Shown here: one piece after another, positions 30,027-40,250 of the stretch
How positions within the stretch are numbered: position 1 is the first letter of the stretch
Layout: every line of letters begins with the position of its first letter
NCBI GenBank assembly: GCA_048939995.1
Contig: JBHLOY010000010.1
Location: 64,001 to 128,000, forward strand
Source of the DNA: Promethearchaeota archaeon
GTDB lineage: Archaea; Asgardarchaeota; Lokiarchaeia; Sigyniarchaeales; SOKP01
Direction: 5' to 3'
Length of the DNA stretch: 64,000 nt
Notes under the pieces: generated by a model
The model's database searches: none
Seen by the model: only the letters and a program-made list of their open reading frames with translations
What the model was told of the DNA's origin: nothing
Translations under genes and position numbers: made by a program

Positions 30027-30815
30027 ATGAAAAAACACGTGGTAATAGATAACCCTGTAGTTTCCAATATCGTGTTCTACCCTCAAAAAAGTCCTATACC
30101 CTTAAATCTTGATTCAAATACAGAAATTTTGGAATTTCAAGTGGAAAAAAATGTGACTATTGGCGGATTTTTTTTCTTAAATGACATGAGTCTTCCTACC
30201 ATCCTATTATTTCACGGAAATGGGGAAATTGCGATAGATTATAGATCTCTTGCTCCTCTCTTTTTTGAATGCGGGGTTAATTTAGCTGTGGTTGATTATC
30301 GGGGGTATGGATTTTCTTCGGGAAAACCATATTATACAAGCCTAATTAATGATGCTCCAGTTATTTACGAAAATTTTATTGATTGGATAAATAAAAGGGG
30401 GTTAAATAATTCTATTTTTATTCAAGGGAGATCATTAGGAAGTGTGTGTGCTGCTGAGATTGGATCTAATAATCCTAAAAACTTAAAAGGCATTATTTTT
30501 GAAAGTGGTTTCGCCAGCCTTTATAACATTATGACTTACTTATTCAGAGTATCTAGCTCACAAGTAACACCCACATCTCTGATTAAATATTCTAATGATA
30601 CGAGAATAAAACAATTCAAAAAACCAGTTTTAATAATTCATGGAACTTCGGATTTTATAATCCCTAGCAGTGAAGGGGAGTTGATTTACGAAAGTCTACC
30701 TATTGATATTGATAAAAGTCTTGTTTTAATAGAAGGAGCTGGTCATAACGATATCTTATTGTATCATGATAAATATTTTGACCCTTTAAGTGAATTTATT
30801 GAAAAATTTAAGTAA
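30027..30815 (+). CDS. Alpha/beta hydrolase (ABHD13/17-like)
   Basis: FHGNGE, DYRGYG, GRSLG, HGTSD, GAGHND. Confidence 0.9.
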   Translation: MKKHVVIDNPVVSNIVFYPQKSPIPLNLDSNTEILEFQVEKNVTIGGFFFLNDMSLPTILLFHGNGEIAIDYRSLAPLFFECGVNLAVVDYRGYGFSSGKPYYTSLINDAPVIYENFIDWINKRGLNNSIFIQGRSLGSVCAAEIGSNNPKNLKGIIFESGFASLYNIMTYLFRVSSSQVTPTSLIKYSNDTRIKQFKKPVLIIHGTSDFIIPSSEGELIYESLPIDIDKSLVLIEGAGHNDILLYHDKYFDPLSEFIEKFK

Positions 30816-30912
30816 GCTTTAATTTTCAAATCAAGTATTGGACTAAAGATCATTTTAGTATAATTTAATCTTCATTCTCATATCTATAATATAATAAAAA
30901 AAAGTTCTTAAT

Positions 30913-31197
30913 ATGATGAATTTTTGTCCCTATTGCGGTTCTCAACTAAATAAAGAAAGAAAAGGTAAGCTTAATTTTTGCCCGTATTGTGGAGAACAAT
31001 TAACCCCTCATCTTAAAGAATTTAAATGCACAATCTGCCACCAAAAAATAAAACATAATCAAACATCTATAAATTGCGCATATTGTGAAAGTCCATATCA
31101 TTATAATTGCGTGGTTAACTGGTTATCAACCTATAATTCTTGTCCCACGTGTCAAAACACCTTTCTTAATCCTTACTTAAAGATTCATAAAAATTAA
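30913..31197 (+). CDS. Double zinc-ribbon plus RING finger protein
   Basis: FCPYCG twice; CTIC..CAYC..YHYNC..W..CPTC. Confidence 0.8.
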   Translation: MMNFCPYCGSQLNKERKGKLNFCPYCGEQLTPHLKEFKCTICHQKIKHNQTSINCAYCESPYHYNCVVNWLSTYNSCPTCQNTFLNPYLKIHKN

Positions 31198-31220
31198 TTA
31201 ACATTTAAATACCATTTATA

Positions 31221-31442
31221 CTATCGGTTTTTCGGTTCCCTTTTATCTTTATCGTAGGCCATCGTGATTATGAGGATTAACATACCCAATGCAATCCGAG
31301 CTATTAGTGAGTCATAGGGAAGCACTCCAACGAATAATAAGCTTTTTAAATAAAAATTTTTATTTTCAATGACAAAACCCAGAGGAGTATAATCCTTTAA
31401 TCCAAATTGACTCCAAGATGAGAATAATATCGTTATAGTCAT
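31221..31442 (-). CDS. Small hypothetical membrane protein or gene fragment
   Basis: 73-aa ORF with a hydrophobic stretch; no family recognised. Confidence 0.3.
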   Translation of the reverse strand: MTITILFSSWSQFGLKDYTPLGFVIENKNFYLKSLLFVGVLPYDSLIARIALGMLILIITMAYDKDKREPKNR

Positions 31443-31520
31443 TTAACATAAAAATATATGTGACGGTTAATTATTTAGTAGAAATAGCTGTTTTTTAATA
31501 AAAAAATTAAAAAAAAAAAG

Positions 31521-32162
31521 TTATTTCTTCTTTAACATATAAATACCATTTTCAAAAAACCAAAATAGATTAGCAAAGAGAAATAACCATTCTGTAAAAC
31601 TCTCAGCCTCGGGAGTCAGACCATGTATTATTCGATTTAGAATTAAAAGCACTAAATAAAGAAGAAAGAAAATTACGACTAAAGTATTGAATATTGCCTG
31701 AGATCTGGGAAATTCAGATGACTTTAATTCTAAATAAGTGTAGAGAAAGAGATAAAGAATCCCTGTAACAAAGAAAAGTAATTCAAACATTAAATGTGCT
31801 AGATAAATAGTATCTGAATTAAAAATTGCCATCCCCATGATTCCAATTGCTGAAAGTATTCCCAGAATGCATGTTATCAATGAACCTTTAGAGCTAATAT
31901 TCTTTTTCTGTAAGTATCTTGTAAAGCCGAGAAAGAACAATATAATAAAAATTGCAGTAACAAACCAGCAAATATTGAATAATATATGTAATGGATTTGA
32001 AGGCGTTCCAAGATGACTAATATGAGTAACAAAGAAGCTAAAATCTGGGTGCATTAAAATTGACGGAATAAGTCCAATAAAAAAAATTATCAACCCAATG
32101 AATGCAAAATAACTAGCATTTACTTTTTGATACATTCTATCGAATTTTTGCATAGCAATCAT
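31521..32162 (-). CDS. DUF998/Frag1-like membrane protein
   Basis: ISHLG after TM1, about 6 TM helices, EW near the C-terminus. Confidence 0.65.
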   Translation of the reverse strand: MIAMQKFDRMYQKVNASYFAFIGLIIFFIGLIPSILMHPDFSFFVTHISHLGTPSNPLHILFNICWFVTAIFIILFFLGFTRYLQKKNISSKGSLITCILGILSAIGIMGMAIFNSDTIYLAHLMFELLFFVTGILYLFLYTYLELKSSEFPRSQAIFNTLVVIFFLLYLVLLILNRIIHGLTPEAESFTEWLFLFANLFWFFENGIYMLKKK

Positions 32163-32505
32163 TTTTAAAGAATAATTTAAGATATTAATTCGTTAAACTC
32201 TTATTTATAGATTTTTAAGTAAAATAAGTTATTTTTGGGTCTTAAAGTTGTATTACCCGAGAATTCCACATTAAACATCTTTGTCTCGGTTATTTTTTAT
32301 TATAATGCAAAAAAGAAATGATTAAATCTGCAATTTCAAGATTATACACACAATGATTAAACCTAATTTGGTTTTTAATTACTTCTGAATTCATTTTTTT
32401 TCTGACTTTTTATGAAATGATATCACAAAAATCCATTTAAAATGATTGAGTTGATAAAATTAGTCATTTATAAAAATTTAGAGATTTTTGAAAGAATAAG
32501 TTAGA

Positions 32506-33396
32506 TCATACTAAAATTCCTTGGGCTACCATAATTACTTTACCCCCAACGGCAATATAAAATTTGCCTTCTTTTTGTTCGGCTCTTAATAATAAAAGAG
32601 ATTTTCTACCAATTTCATAACCTTGCTCTACTCTAATATTAATATTTTTGGTATTGAAATAATCATTCTTAACTAGATAAGCTGCTAAACAACCATTTGC
32701 TGAACCTGTTGCGGGATCTTCAGGTACACCTAAATAATCTGCAAAAAAGCGTACATTTAAATCATTATTTTGATTATAGGTTTCTGGACAAAAGACTAAT
32801 ATAGATTTAGCTTGCGTATTTTCGATCATTTCATAATATTTCGCTTTATTAATGTTTACTTTTTTTATTGCTTCAAGTGATTTCAATGGTATTATTATTG
32901 TTGGAACTCCAGTTGAAACCTCTTGAATTTTGAAGCGCGCATCAATATCCTCCTCATCTATATTTAGTATCTCTGCTAATAAGTCAGGAGCAAAAAATCC
33001 ATGAAAAGATGGTTCCTTATGTTCTATCCAAATCTCTGTTAACATGCTTCCTTGATACTTAAATAGAGCTGCGATTTGGCCTATTTTTAGATTCATTAAT
33101 ATAGTTTTTACCTTTTCTTTAATAAATTCTTTCTGAAAGATGAAGGCAGCACCCAGGGTGGGATGACCTGCAAAAGGTAATTCAGTATCGGGGGTAAAAA
33201 TACGGAAACTAAAATCTTCAGTTGAAGTAATAAAAATAGTTTCAGAAAAATTCATCTCTTTAGCAATCCTTTGCATAAGTTCTGTCTTTAAACTTTTATC
33301 ATCAATAATTACAGCAAGTTGATTACCTTCATACTTACTCTCAGCAAAAACATCCACAATATAAAATTTCAAACCTTCTGGCAGACTTTCCTTCAT
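32506..33396 (-). CDS. PhzF-family isomerase
   Basis: VDVF..GNQLAV, SET, ELPFAGHPTLG, EDPATGSA. Confidence 0.93.
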   Translation of the reverse strand: MKESLPEGLKFYIVDVFAESKYEGNQLAVIIDDKSLKTELMQRIAKEMNFSETIFITSTEDFSFRIFTPDTELPFAGHPTLGAAFIFQKEFIKEKVKTILMNLKIGQIAALFKYQGSMLTEIWIEHKEPSFHGFFAPDLLAEILNIDEEDIDARFKIQEVSTGVPTIIIPLKSLEAIKKVNINKAKYYEMIENTQAKSILVFCPETYNQNNDLNVRFFADYLGVPEDPATGSANGCLAAYLVKNDYFNTKNINIRVEQGYEIGRKSLLLLRAEQKEGKFYIAVGGKVIMVAQGILV

Positions 33397-33510
33397 ATTA
33401 TTGCACTTTCGAACTTGGGATTACTTTAATAAGGATATTCATTTAAATCTTTTAAGATTCAATATCTATGTAGACTATGTTTTTAAATAAATTTTATTAA
33501 TTTTAGTTAT

Positions 33511-34665
33511 ATGAAATTTAGGGAACAAGACACAAAATCGGCGGCTCAAAAGAAATTCTCAATAAGAGAATTAGGAGGTGCTTTTGGTGACTGGGGAACC
33601 TTAATCCCTTTTATTATTGGTTATGTTTCAATTGTAGGTTTCAATCCTGCAGGTATCTTTTTAACCTTAGGAATTACTAATATCATTTTAGGGATAAGAT
33701 TTAATCTTCCATTACCTGTTCAACCTCAGAAAACTATTGGGGCAATTGCCCTCTCCCAAAAATGGAGTACAAACCTTGTAATTTCAACTGGATTTGGAAC
33801 TGGAATAGTTTGGGCCTTATTAGGATTTTCAAAAATACTTAATAAAATTGTTAAGAAAATACCAACAATAACGGTTAGAGCTATCCAACTTGGGTTAGGG
33901 CTTATTCTCGGTTGGACAGCCATCATTCTCATTGGTGATAATTTTTTCTTAGGACTCATTTCAATGATAATAATAATCCTCCTTATGAATAATAAAAGAA
34001 TTCCCTCTGCAGTTTTACTTGTATTGCTAGGTATTATTCTTTTATTTATTACTAGTGAAATAATTTTGACAGATATTAAATTTAATATCCCTCATTTTGA
34101 TTTCTATATTCCTGATTGGTATAATATCATATTTGGAATGATTTATGCAGGTTTTGCTCAACTGTTCTTAACGTTAACCAATGTTATGATTGCCACAATA
34201 GTATTAATAGGTGATTTATTCCCTGAAAAAAGAGCCAAGATAAGCGCAAATTCTTTAGCGTTAAATATGGGAGTAATGAATTTAATAAATCCTTTTATAG
34301 GAGGTATTCCCTTATGCCATGGGTCAGGGGGTTTAGCCGCACAATATGCATTTGGGGCACGTACAGGTGGATCAATGATATTAGAAGGGATATTAGAATT
34401 AGTTTTAGGTTTGTTTTTTTCCGATACCCTCTTTCTAATATTTAATAAATTCCCAAGTGCTATTTTTGGAGCCATGTTGCTCTATACTGCATATCTATTG
34501 GTGAACATATCTTTTAAAGATTCTAATAAAAAAACCTTACCGATCATTGCTGTCTCTGGTCTAATTTGTTTTATTTTTAATTTTATAATTGGTTCCTTTA
34601 GTATTACATTAGGATTTTTCATAGCTTTTATCTTATATTTTATCTTTTCCAAAAAATTGAATTGA
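33511..34665 (+). CDS. MOT1-family molybdate/sulfate transporter
   Basis: ELGGAFGDWGT, PLPVQPQK, PLCHGSGGLAAQYAFGARTG. Confidence 0.88.
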   Translation: MKFREQDTKSAAQKKFSIRELGGAFGDWGTLIPFIIGYVSIVGFNPAGIFLTLGITNIILGIRFNLPLPVQPQKTIGAIALSQKWSTNLVISTGFGTGIVWALLGFSKILNKIVKKIPTITVRAIQLGLGLILGWTAIILIGDNFFLGLISMIIIILLMNNKRIPSAVLLVLLGIILLFITSEIILTDIKFNIPHFDFYIPDWYNIIFGMIYAGFAQLFLTLTNVMIATIVLIGDLFPEKRAKISANSLALNMGVMNLINPFIGGIPLCHGSGGLAAQYAFGARTGGSMILEGILELVLGLFFSDTLFLIFNKFPSAIFGAMLLYTAYLLVNISFKDSNKKTLPIIAVSGLICFIFNFIIGSFSITLGFFIAFILYFIFSKKLN

Positions 34666-34705
34666 ATTAATTTAGTTATATTTTTAAGTTTACACTAATT
34701 ACTTT

Positions 34706-36154
34706 TTGAATAAAAAAGCACCCTCACTTTTTGAAAACCGGGGATCAAAAATGGTAAGAAAAAACTTTTTTGTAATTTACATATTAATCGGTATTGTGCT
34801 CGGAGCCACAATTCCTACTCTTTTTATATACAGAATATCAAACGATCTCTCTGGTTCATATCGAATCACAACTAATATTTCTGAAACTGATATTTCTGAA
34901 GTTCAAATTTATAATGAAATTCCAGTAGGTAATATAAAATTTATCCCAGTAAGTAGCGAAACTACGATTATAAAAGCAGAATGGGCAATGTCTTATGTAG
35001 GAATTTATGATCCTCAAAAAATTATAGTAACTACATGTGAAATAATTCAATCTCGCTTAGTATTCTCTATTTACAGCAAAATAGATAAATTGGCTTTTAT
35101 CAATTCAATCTTAACCTTAGATATCACCATTTTTTTTAATCCTAGTTATGGAGTTTATGGTTTCGTATCTGATAGTGAAAAAGCCAATATTGATCTCTTA
35201 GTTTATAACCTCAATTTCAGTAAATTTGATTTTAAATCCAGTTCTGGTAATATTAATATTAGACTTGATTATATAAATATGTTTGATGATTTTAAAATAA
35301 CCACGAGTTCAGGTGACATATATTTAATTATCGATCACACATATTTTGCTAAAGATTTCATATGTACTACAAGTTCTGGATATCAAAATTTTGATTTCTG
35401 GAATATTGGATTTGATGGAAAAGCTAACTTCTTGGTGACTTCAAATACAGGAAGGATATATATCTTATGGGCCAATCATTACCTTAAATCTCACAGTTTA
35501 AATGTTAAATTTGAATCTAACAATGATATTTATCTGAAATTTTGGTCTCCCAAAGAAATTATACGGTCTTATTTCTCATTTGAAACAATTGATGGGACAA
35601 CTCGTTTTTCAAAACCATCAGGTATTTTTCAAGAAGTTGATGAAAATCATTATATAGCATATAATATTAATGATACATCTGCAGATCCTTGCAATATTAC
35701 AATAATCTCTAAACATGGTTATGGTTGGGTATTCTATGTCGATTGTTTTAAGTGGCAGCGATTTTGTACATATGGAGATATTAAAATAAGTTATGTTACA
35801 AAATCAGGAAGTTATTCAATTTCCGAGACATCTTACAATATTACTGCAGTAGACTTTTCTAATAAGAAATATGTCTATTTAAATACCTATCGACTTTTAC
35901 CACTAAAAATTGAGCCTCTTCCTGTATCTAGTGAGAATCTAATATATGTAGTTTGGAATTTAAAGTATTTAAGAGGTCAAAATATAGGTGTAGGATCAAT
36001 TAGTTTATCTCTATCGCACAAACAAAATGGTGATAACCTAGAAGTAAATCTAAGGCTTAGCTTTATAATAGATGAAATAAAACCTACTTTTTCAATTTGT
36101 AATATTACTTTATTTTATCACCCCAGTTATAATTTTAATAATTATACAATTTAA
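34706..36154 (+). CDS. Membrane-anchored protein with DUF4097-like beta repeats
   Basis: N-terminal TM; SSSGNI/TSSGDI/TSSGYQ/SNTGRI repeats; likely start at ATG 34751. Confidence 0.6.
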   Translation: MNKKAPSLFENRGSKMVRKNFFVIYILIGIVLGATIPTLFIYRISNDLSGSYRITTNISETDISEVQIYNEIPVGNIKFIPVSSETTIIKAEWAMSYVGIYDPQKIIVTTCEIIQSRLVFSIYSKIDKLAFINSILTLDITIFFNPSYGVYGFVSDSEKANIDLLVYNLNFSKFDFKSSSGNINIRLDYINMFDDFKITTSSGDIYLIIDHTYFAKDFICTTSSGYQNFDFWNIGFDGKANFLVTSNTGRIYILWANHYLKSHSLNVKFESNNDIYLKFWSPKEIIRSYFSFETIDGTTRFSKPSGIFQEVDENHYIAYNINDTSADPCNITIISKHGYGWVFYVDCFKWQRFCTYGDIKISYVTKSGSYSISETSYNITAVDFSNKKYVYLNTYRLLPLKIEPLPVSSENLIYVVWNLKYLRGQNIGVGSISLSLSHKQNGDNLEVNLRLSFIIDEIKPTFSICNITLFYHPSYNFNNYTI

Positions 36155-36206
36155 TCCCTTTTTATATACAATCACACGATTTAAATTGAGTACTAATTTT
36201 TGATAT

Positions 36207-36989
36207 TTGATTAATATGAAGAAAGATGAAGAAGTAAGACGGCTAATTATTAATTTAATGAATTCCTGGCCCTCCAAAGACTATTTTTTTCATAAAGGAT
36301 GGATTTTACGTTTTGATAATGGAGTAACCTACCGAGCTAATTCAGTATTACCTCTTGATTATTATGGTAGTAGAAGAACGTTTAATAGAGATCTAGATCT
36401 TGTAGAAAAAGCTTATCAAATGTATAATCTACCTCCAATATTCACTATGCATGATTTTTATAAGCCTAGTTATCTTTGCAAAGAATTACTTGACAAAAAT
36501 TATCGAGAAGTAGCCTATACAGTTGCTTTAGGTGGTAGAATGATTAATATTACTCATAAAGATGTTAATGAAAATTATGAATATTCATTTCAGAATAAGA
36601 GAAATGGTGATTTTTCATATTTCCTTTCAAATCATTCATCTAGATCTGAAGAACAACAGAAAATCATAAATCGGATTACTCAAAGGATTAAAATTCTTAA
36701 TAAATGTTTTATAGTTGTAAAATTTCAAGACTTAATAATTGGAACATTAATGGGTGTTCTTGATTTAAATGGTTATTTATATCTGGCTGACATTTTTGTT
36801 GATCCAAATTATCGCAGACAAGGTATTGCAAAATCAATGATTTATAAGATTATTTATGAATGGGCAAATCCTATACGCATAAATATGGTTTGGTTACAAG
36901 TTGAAATCGAAAATAAGCATGCTATTGACTTATATGAAAATATTGGGTTAAAAGAATTATATAGTTATTATTATCTAACAAATTCTTAA
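36207..36989 (+). CDS. GNAT acetyltransferase
   Basis: GWILR..RANSV, VDPNYRRQGIA, LQV..N..AIDLY..G. Confidence 0.88.
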   Translation: MINMKKDEEVRRLIINLMNSWPSKDYFFHKGWILRFDNGVTYRANSVLPLDYYGSRRTFNRDLDLVEKAYQMYNLPPIFTMHDFYKPSYLCKELLDKNYREVAYTVALGGRMINITHKDVNENYEYSFQNKRNGDFSYFLSNHSSRSEEQQKIINRITQRIKILNKCFIVVKFQDLIIGTLMGVLDLNGYLYLADIFVDPNYRRQGIAKSMIYKIIYEWANPIRINMVWLQVEIENKHAIDLYENIGLKELYSYYYLTNS

Positions 36990-37054
36990 ATTGAATCATT
37001 TTAATATTGTAAAATTATTTTATAGAAAATTTTTATAGTTTCAATCCATTTAAA

Positions 37055-37699
37055 GTGAATATGGAAAAAATAGAATCGATTAACACAATTATCTTTGATT
37101 TAGGTGGAGTTTATTTTACAAAAGGTACGATGCTTGCATTAGAAAAATTTAATGATATTTACAATATTAGTTATAAGGATCTTTTTCAGTTTTTTGGAGA
37201 TATTAAGGGTAGTGAAGGCTATTTAATTAGATTGGGATTAATAACTATGGATGATTTTGAAGAAAGATTTTTTTCTAAATTTAAAATAGAAGAGAAGAAT
37301 AAAAAAATAATTAGATATATTTGGTTTGGATCCTATGTGCCTTATTATGGGATGAAAGAAATTATCCAACAATTAAAAGCAGAAGGTTATAATTTAGTGA
37401 TTTTTAGTGGAAATATTCGAGAACGAGTTGAATTTTTGGATCAAAGATATAACTTCTTAAAATATTTTGACAAAGCAGTATTTTCATATGATTTAAAAAA
37501 AAATAAAAGCAATCCAGCTTTTTATAAAGAATTAGCTAACCAGGTTGGGTGTAAACCCCAAGAATCAATCTTTATTGATGATGAACATAAAAATATTGAA
37601 ATGGCTAAGACTTTTGGATTTAATTGTTTGCCTTTTTATTATACTGAACAATTATTAGAATATTTAAATAAATTTGGAATTGATATTAGATTAAAATAA
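37055..37699 (+). CDS. HAD-family phosphatase
   Basis: IFDLGGV, FIDD..N...A. Confidence 0.85.
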   Translation: MNMEKIESINTIIFDLGGVYFTKGTMLALEKFNDIYNISYKDLFQFFGDIKGSEGYLIRLGLITMDDFEERFFSKFKIEEKNKKIIRYIWFGSYVPYYGMKEIIQQLKAEGYNLVIFSGNIRERVEFLDQRYNFLKYFDKAVFSYDLKKNKSNPAFYKELANQVGCKPQESIFIDDEHKNIEMAKTFGFNCLPFYYTEQLLEYLNKFGIDIRLK

Positions 37700-37708
37700 G
37701 TTAAAATT

Positions 37709-37945
37709 TCACTTCAAAGATTTAAGATAATCTCTCATTGCTGTCTCAAATTCAATTTTCATTAAGCTTTTAAAAATAGGATTTTTATTTTTAAATGGAA
37801 TATTTTCATTTCCAGAATAAATATATCTTGTAATAGGATTCCTTATTATTTTAGAATAAGGTATAACAAACTCGGAAATACTACTACTCACATTTGAATT
37901 ATTATTTTCAATTATTTTGGAAGTTTCTGATTTTTGATAACTCAT
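37709..37945 (-). CDS. Small hypothetical protein
   Basis: 78-aa ORF 9 bp downstream of the RHH gene, same strand. Confidence 0.45.
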   Translation of the reverse strand: MSYQKSETSKIIENNNSNVSSSISEFVIPYSKIIRNPITRYIYSGNENIPFKNKNPIFKSLMKIEFETAMRDYLKSLK

Positions 37946-37954
37946 TGAAAATGC

Positions 37955-38416
37955 CTATTCTTTATAAATATAACCTTCTTTAACTTTTAAGTTAAGTCCA
38001 AGAGATTTTAATTTCTTTCCATGAGTATAAAATATTTTTTTAATTGATTTTATTGGAACATCAAAATGATCTGCTAAATCAGTAATACTTACTGATTCAA
38101 CCATTTCAAAAAATGTTGGTAATTCCTCGATAATATCTTTTTCGATTTGTTTGAGAGTTTTATCATAAGATAAACTGGCAGTCTCTAGAATTAGTTCCTG
38201 AGTAATTTCTTTAAAATCAACACCGTAGTTTTCCTTAAGGATATCTGGATTTGATTCAATCCATTGATGAACAATATTGTTTATTGATTTTGATAATGAA
38301 ATGTTTCGATTCTCTGCCATTTTATTTATAACTTTATAATCGAATTCATCTAATTTGACACTGATCCTTGGAGTTTTTTGTTCTATCTCTTCTTGATCTT
38401 TATTTTCAGAAGGCAT
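37955..38416 (-). CDS. Ribbon-helix-helix (CopG-like) regulator with C-terminal HTH-like region
   Basis: RISVKLDEFDYKVINKMAENRNISLSKSI; SITDLADHFDV; ATG 38416 preferred. Confidence 0.65.
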   Translation of the reverse strand: MPSENKDQEEIEQKTPRISVKLDEFDYKVINKMAENRNISLSKSINNIVHQWIESNPDILKENYGVDFKEITQELILETASLSYDKTLKQIEKDIIEELPTFFEMVESVSITDLADHFDVPIKSIKKIFYTHGKKLKSLGLNLKVKEGYIYKE

Positions 38417-38492
38417 TTTAAACCGACAAAATTTTTCTTGATCAGATAATACACAAATCTGTTTATAAATCTTTGCTTTTTTTATACTAAAG

Positions 38493-38510
38493 TGCATCAC
38501 AAGTGATGCA
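38493..38510. promoter_or_regulatory. Perfect palindrome TGCATCAC-AA-GTGATGCA, candidate operator
   Basis: 8-bp inverted repeat with 2-bp spacer between divergent genes. Confidence 0.6.
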
Positions 38511-38595
38511 ACAATTTAAATATGAGGATGTTGATCTATATAATATCAAAATATCACTAGCATATTGCTTATAAATTTGTGTAAGATAAAATAGT

Positions 38596-39246
38596 GTGTG
38601 TAAAATGTTAGAACTTTATTCCCCCCAACTTGAAATTTTAAACACTCGAGAACGAATAACGGTTGATTTAATAAAAGATGGGCAGGATTATCTAAAAAAA
38701 TTTGAAATCAATGAAGATTTCTTATTAGATACAATCTCTCTTGTATATAGATATTTACGAATTAATAGGAGGATTCCACATAATCTTTATAAATTTTTTA
38801 TCGCCGCATACTACATAATTTCTCGGCACCCTTTTGCTTTTCCAATGCATGAACCGAAAAAAAAATTTTGTAAGAGATTTAATATCCAGGAGAGTTCATT
38901 AGAGTATTGCATAAATAAAATTACGAGTACTTTAGATTATATACGGATATTAGATGACATGAATTTTCCATATTATATTGATCCAAAACGTGATATGAGT
39001 TTAGGGATCATAAAAAAGATGATTAAAGATAAGGTTGATAAAAATATGATGAAATTTTTACTTTATCATCAACCAATCAATTCACAAATTTTAACAGAAG
39101 AATTAGTATGTGAAGTAATTTTTGAGCAAAAAGCTTTTCCTGAAGAATTATTTCGTCAATTATATGAGATAATAATAATATTTGTAGAGAAAGAATTTTT
39201 AGAATACAATGAATATGTGAAATTGCAGCAACAATATTTTATTTAA
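38596..39246 (+). CDS. TFIIB/cyclin-repeat-like protein
   Basis: FIAAYYIISRH...KKFCKRFNIQESSLEYCINKITSTL resembles one TFB core repeat; no Zn ribbon. Confidence 0.5.
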   Translation: MCKMLELYSPQLEILNTRERITVDLIKDGQDYLKKFEINEDFLLDTISLVYRYLRINRRIPHNLYKFFIAAYYIISRHPFAFPMHEPKKKFCKRFNIQESSLEYCINKITSTLDYIRILDDMNFPYYIDPKRDMSLGIIKKMIKDKVDKNMMKFLLYHQPINSQILTEELVCEVIFEQKAFPEELFRQLYEIIIIFVEKEFLEYNEYVKLQQQYFI

Positions 39247-39251
39247 AGGTA

Positions 39252-40250
39252 TTAATAGCCGAATCTAATTAGTTGTAATGTAATCAGAAAATTCTGGTTT
39301 GAAAAGAGTCGATGCTTTATCTTAACCGGATCAGCATATTCAGCTTCTTTAAATAAATAACTTCTAAAGAAATCTTCATTCCATTCATTTATTGCCAATG
39401 CGATATTCAGGAATTGTTTTTGAAAGTTAGTTGGACCTGAAAACTCTCGGAAATGTAGAAATGGATTCAGTTCAATGCTTGCCTTTCCTTTCCTGGGGAG
39501 CCAGCGCACCTCCGAGATTTTAGTGTGGACAAATTTACCATCTCTATTAAATTTTGAGCAAAGACGATTTGATGTTAAATAAATCCCTACTAAATTTGGA
39601 TCATATCCTCGTTTCTTTCTTAAGCGATAATGAAAATCGAATAGTATTGATAGATTTGGTTTGAGTTTTACAATGAATTTGTCGTTAAGAAAAATCCAGC
39701 TAATTGGTAATGCAATGCTAATTATTAGATATAGGACAATGAAACTTTGAATGAAACCACTAAACTGACTGCCATCAAATTGAATGACTCCAAAATCAAT
39801 ATAAAGCAATAAAGCAATCGCGCCTGTATTCAACATTATAAATAATAGACTGCTAGTAAAACGTTTTTTAACTTCAAATCCGACATTTTTCACTTCTTTT
39901 TTAAGGAAACATATTAAAGAAGGAGTGAACTTCAAACGGATTAACTTAATCAGATAAATAATTACAAATAAAGATATACTGAAGAAAGCCCAGCCGACCG
40001 TTAAGTTAAATGAGTAATTTCTAATTGTAGAAACATAAACTTCGTTATTTAAAATTATATTTGGTTGAAAATAGAGGATTAAGTAAATGAGATAAATACC
40101 TAATATTAACACGATACTTATAAATGCTTTAATTGCTTTTCGGTAATACTCTGCTTTAATTATCTTTAATGAATCTACAATACGATTCTCATCCTCAAAA
40201 TCAATATCTACATAAGTTTTTTCATTTTTACTAATCATATACCCGTCCAC
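39252..40250 (-). CDS. Membrane protein (about 4 TM) with soluble C-terminal domain
   Basis: Hydropathy pattern; overlaps the upstream gene. Confidence 0.65.
   Translation of the reverse strand: MDGYMISKNEKTYVDIDFEDENRIVDSLKIIKAEYYRKAIKAFISIVLILGIYLIYLILYFQPNIILNNEVYVSTIRNYSFNLTVGWAFFSISLFVIIYLIKLIRLKFTPSLICFLKKEVKNVGFEVKKRFTSSLLFIMLNTGAIALLLYIDFGVIQFDGSQFSGFIQSFIVLYLIISIALPISWIFLNDKFIVKLKPNLSILFDFHYRLRKKRGYDPNLVGIYLTSNRLCSKFNRDGKFVHTKISEVRWLPRKGKASIELNPFLHFREFSGPTNFQKQFLNIALAINEWNEDFFRSYLFKEAEYADPVKIKHRLFSNQNFLITLQLIRFGY

Noticed and set aside
32226-32290. Short inverted repeats (CCGAGA/TCTCGG, GGGT/ACCC) in an intergenic region
   Set aside because: Too short to distinguish from chance.
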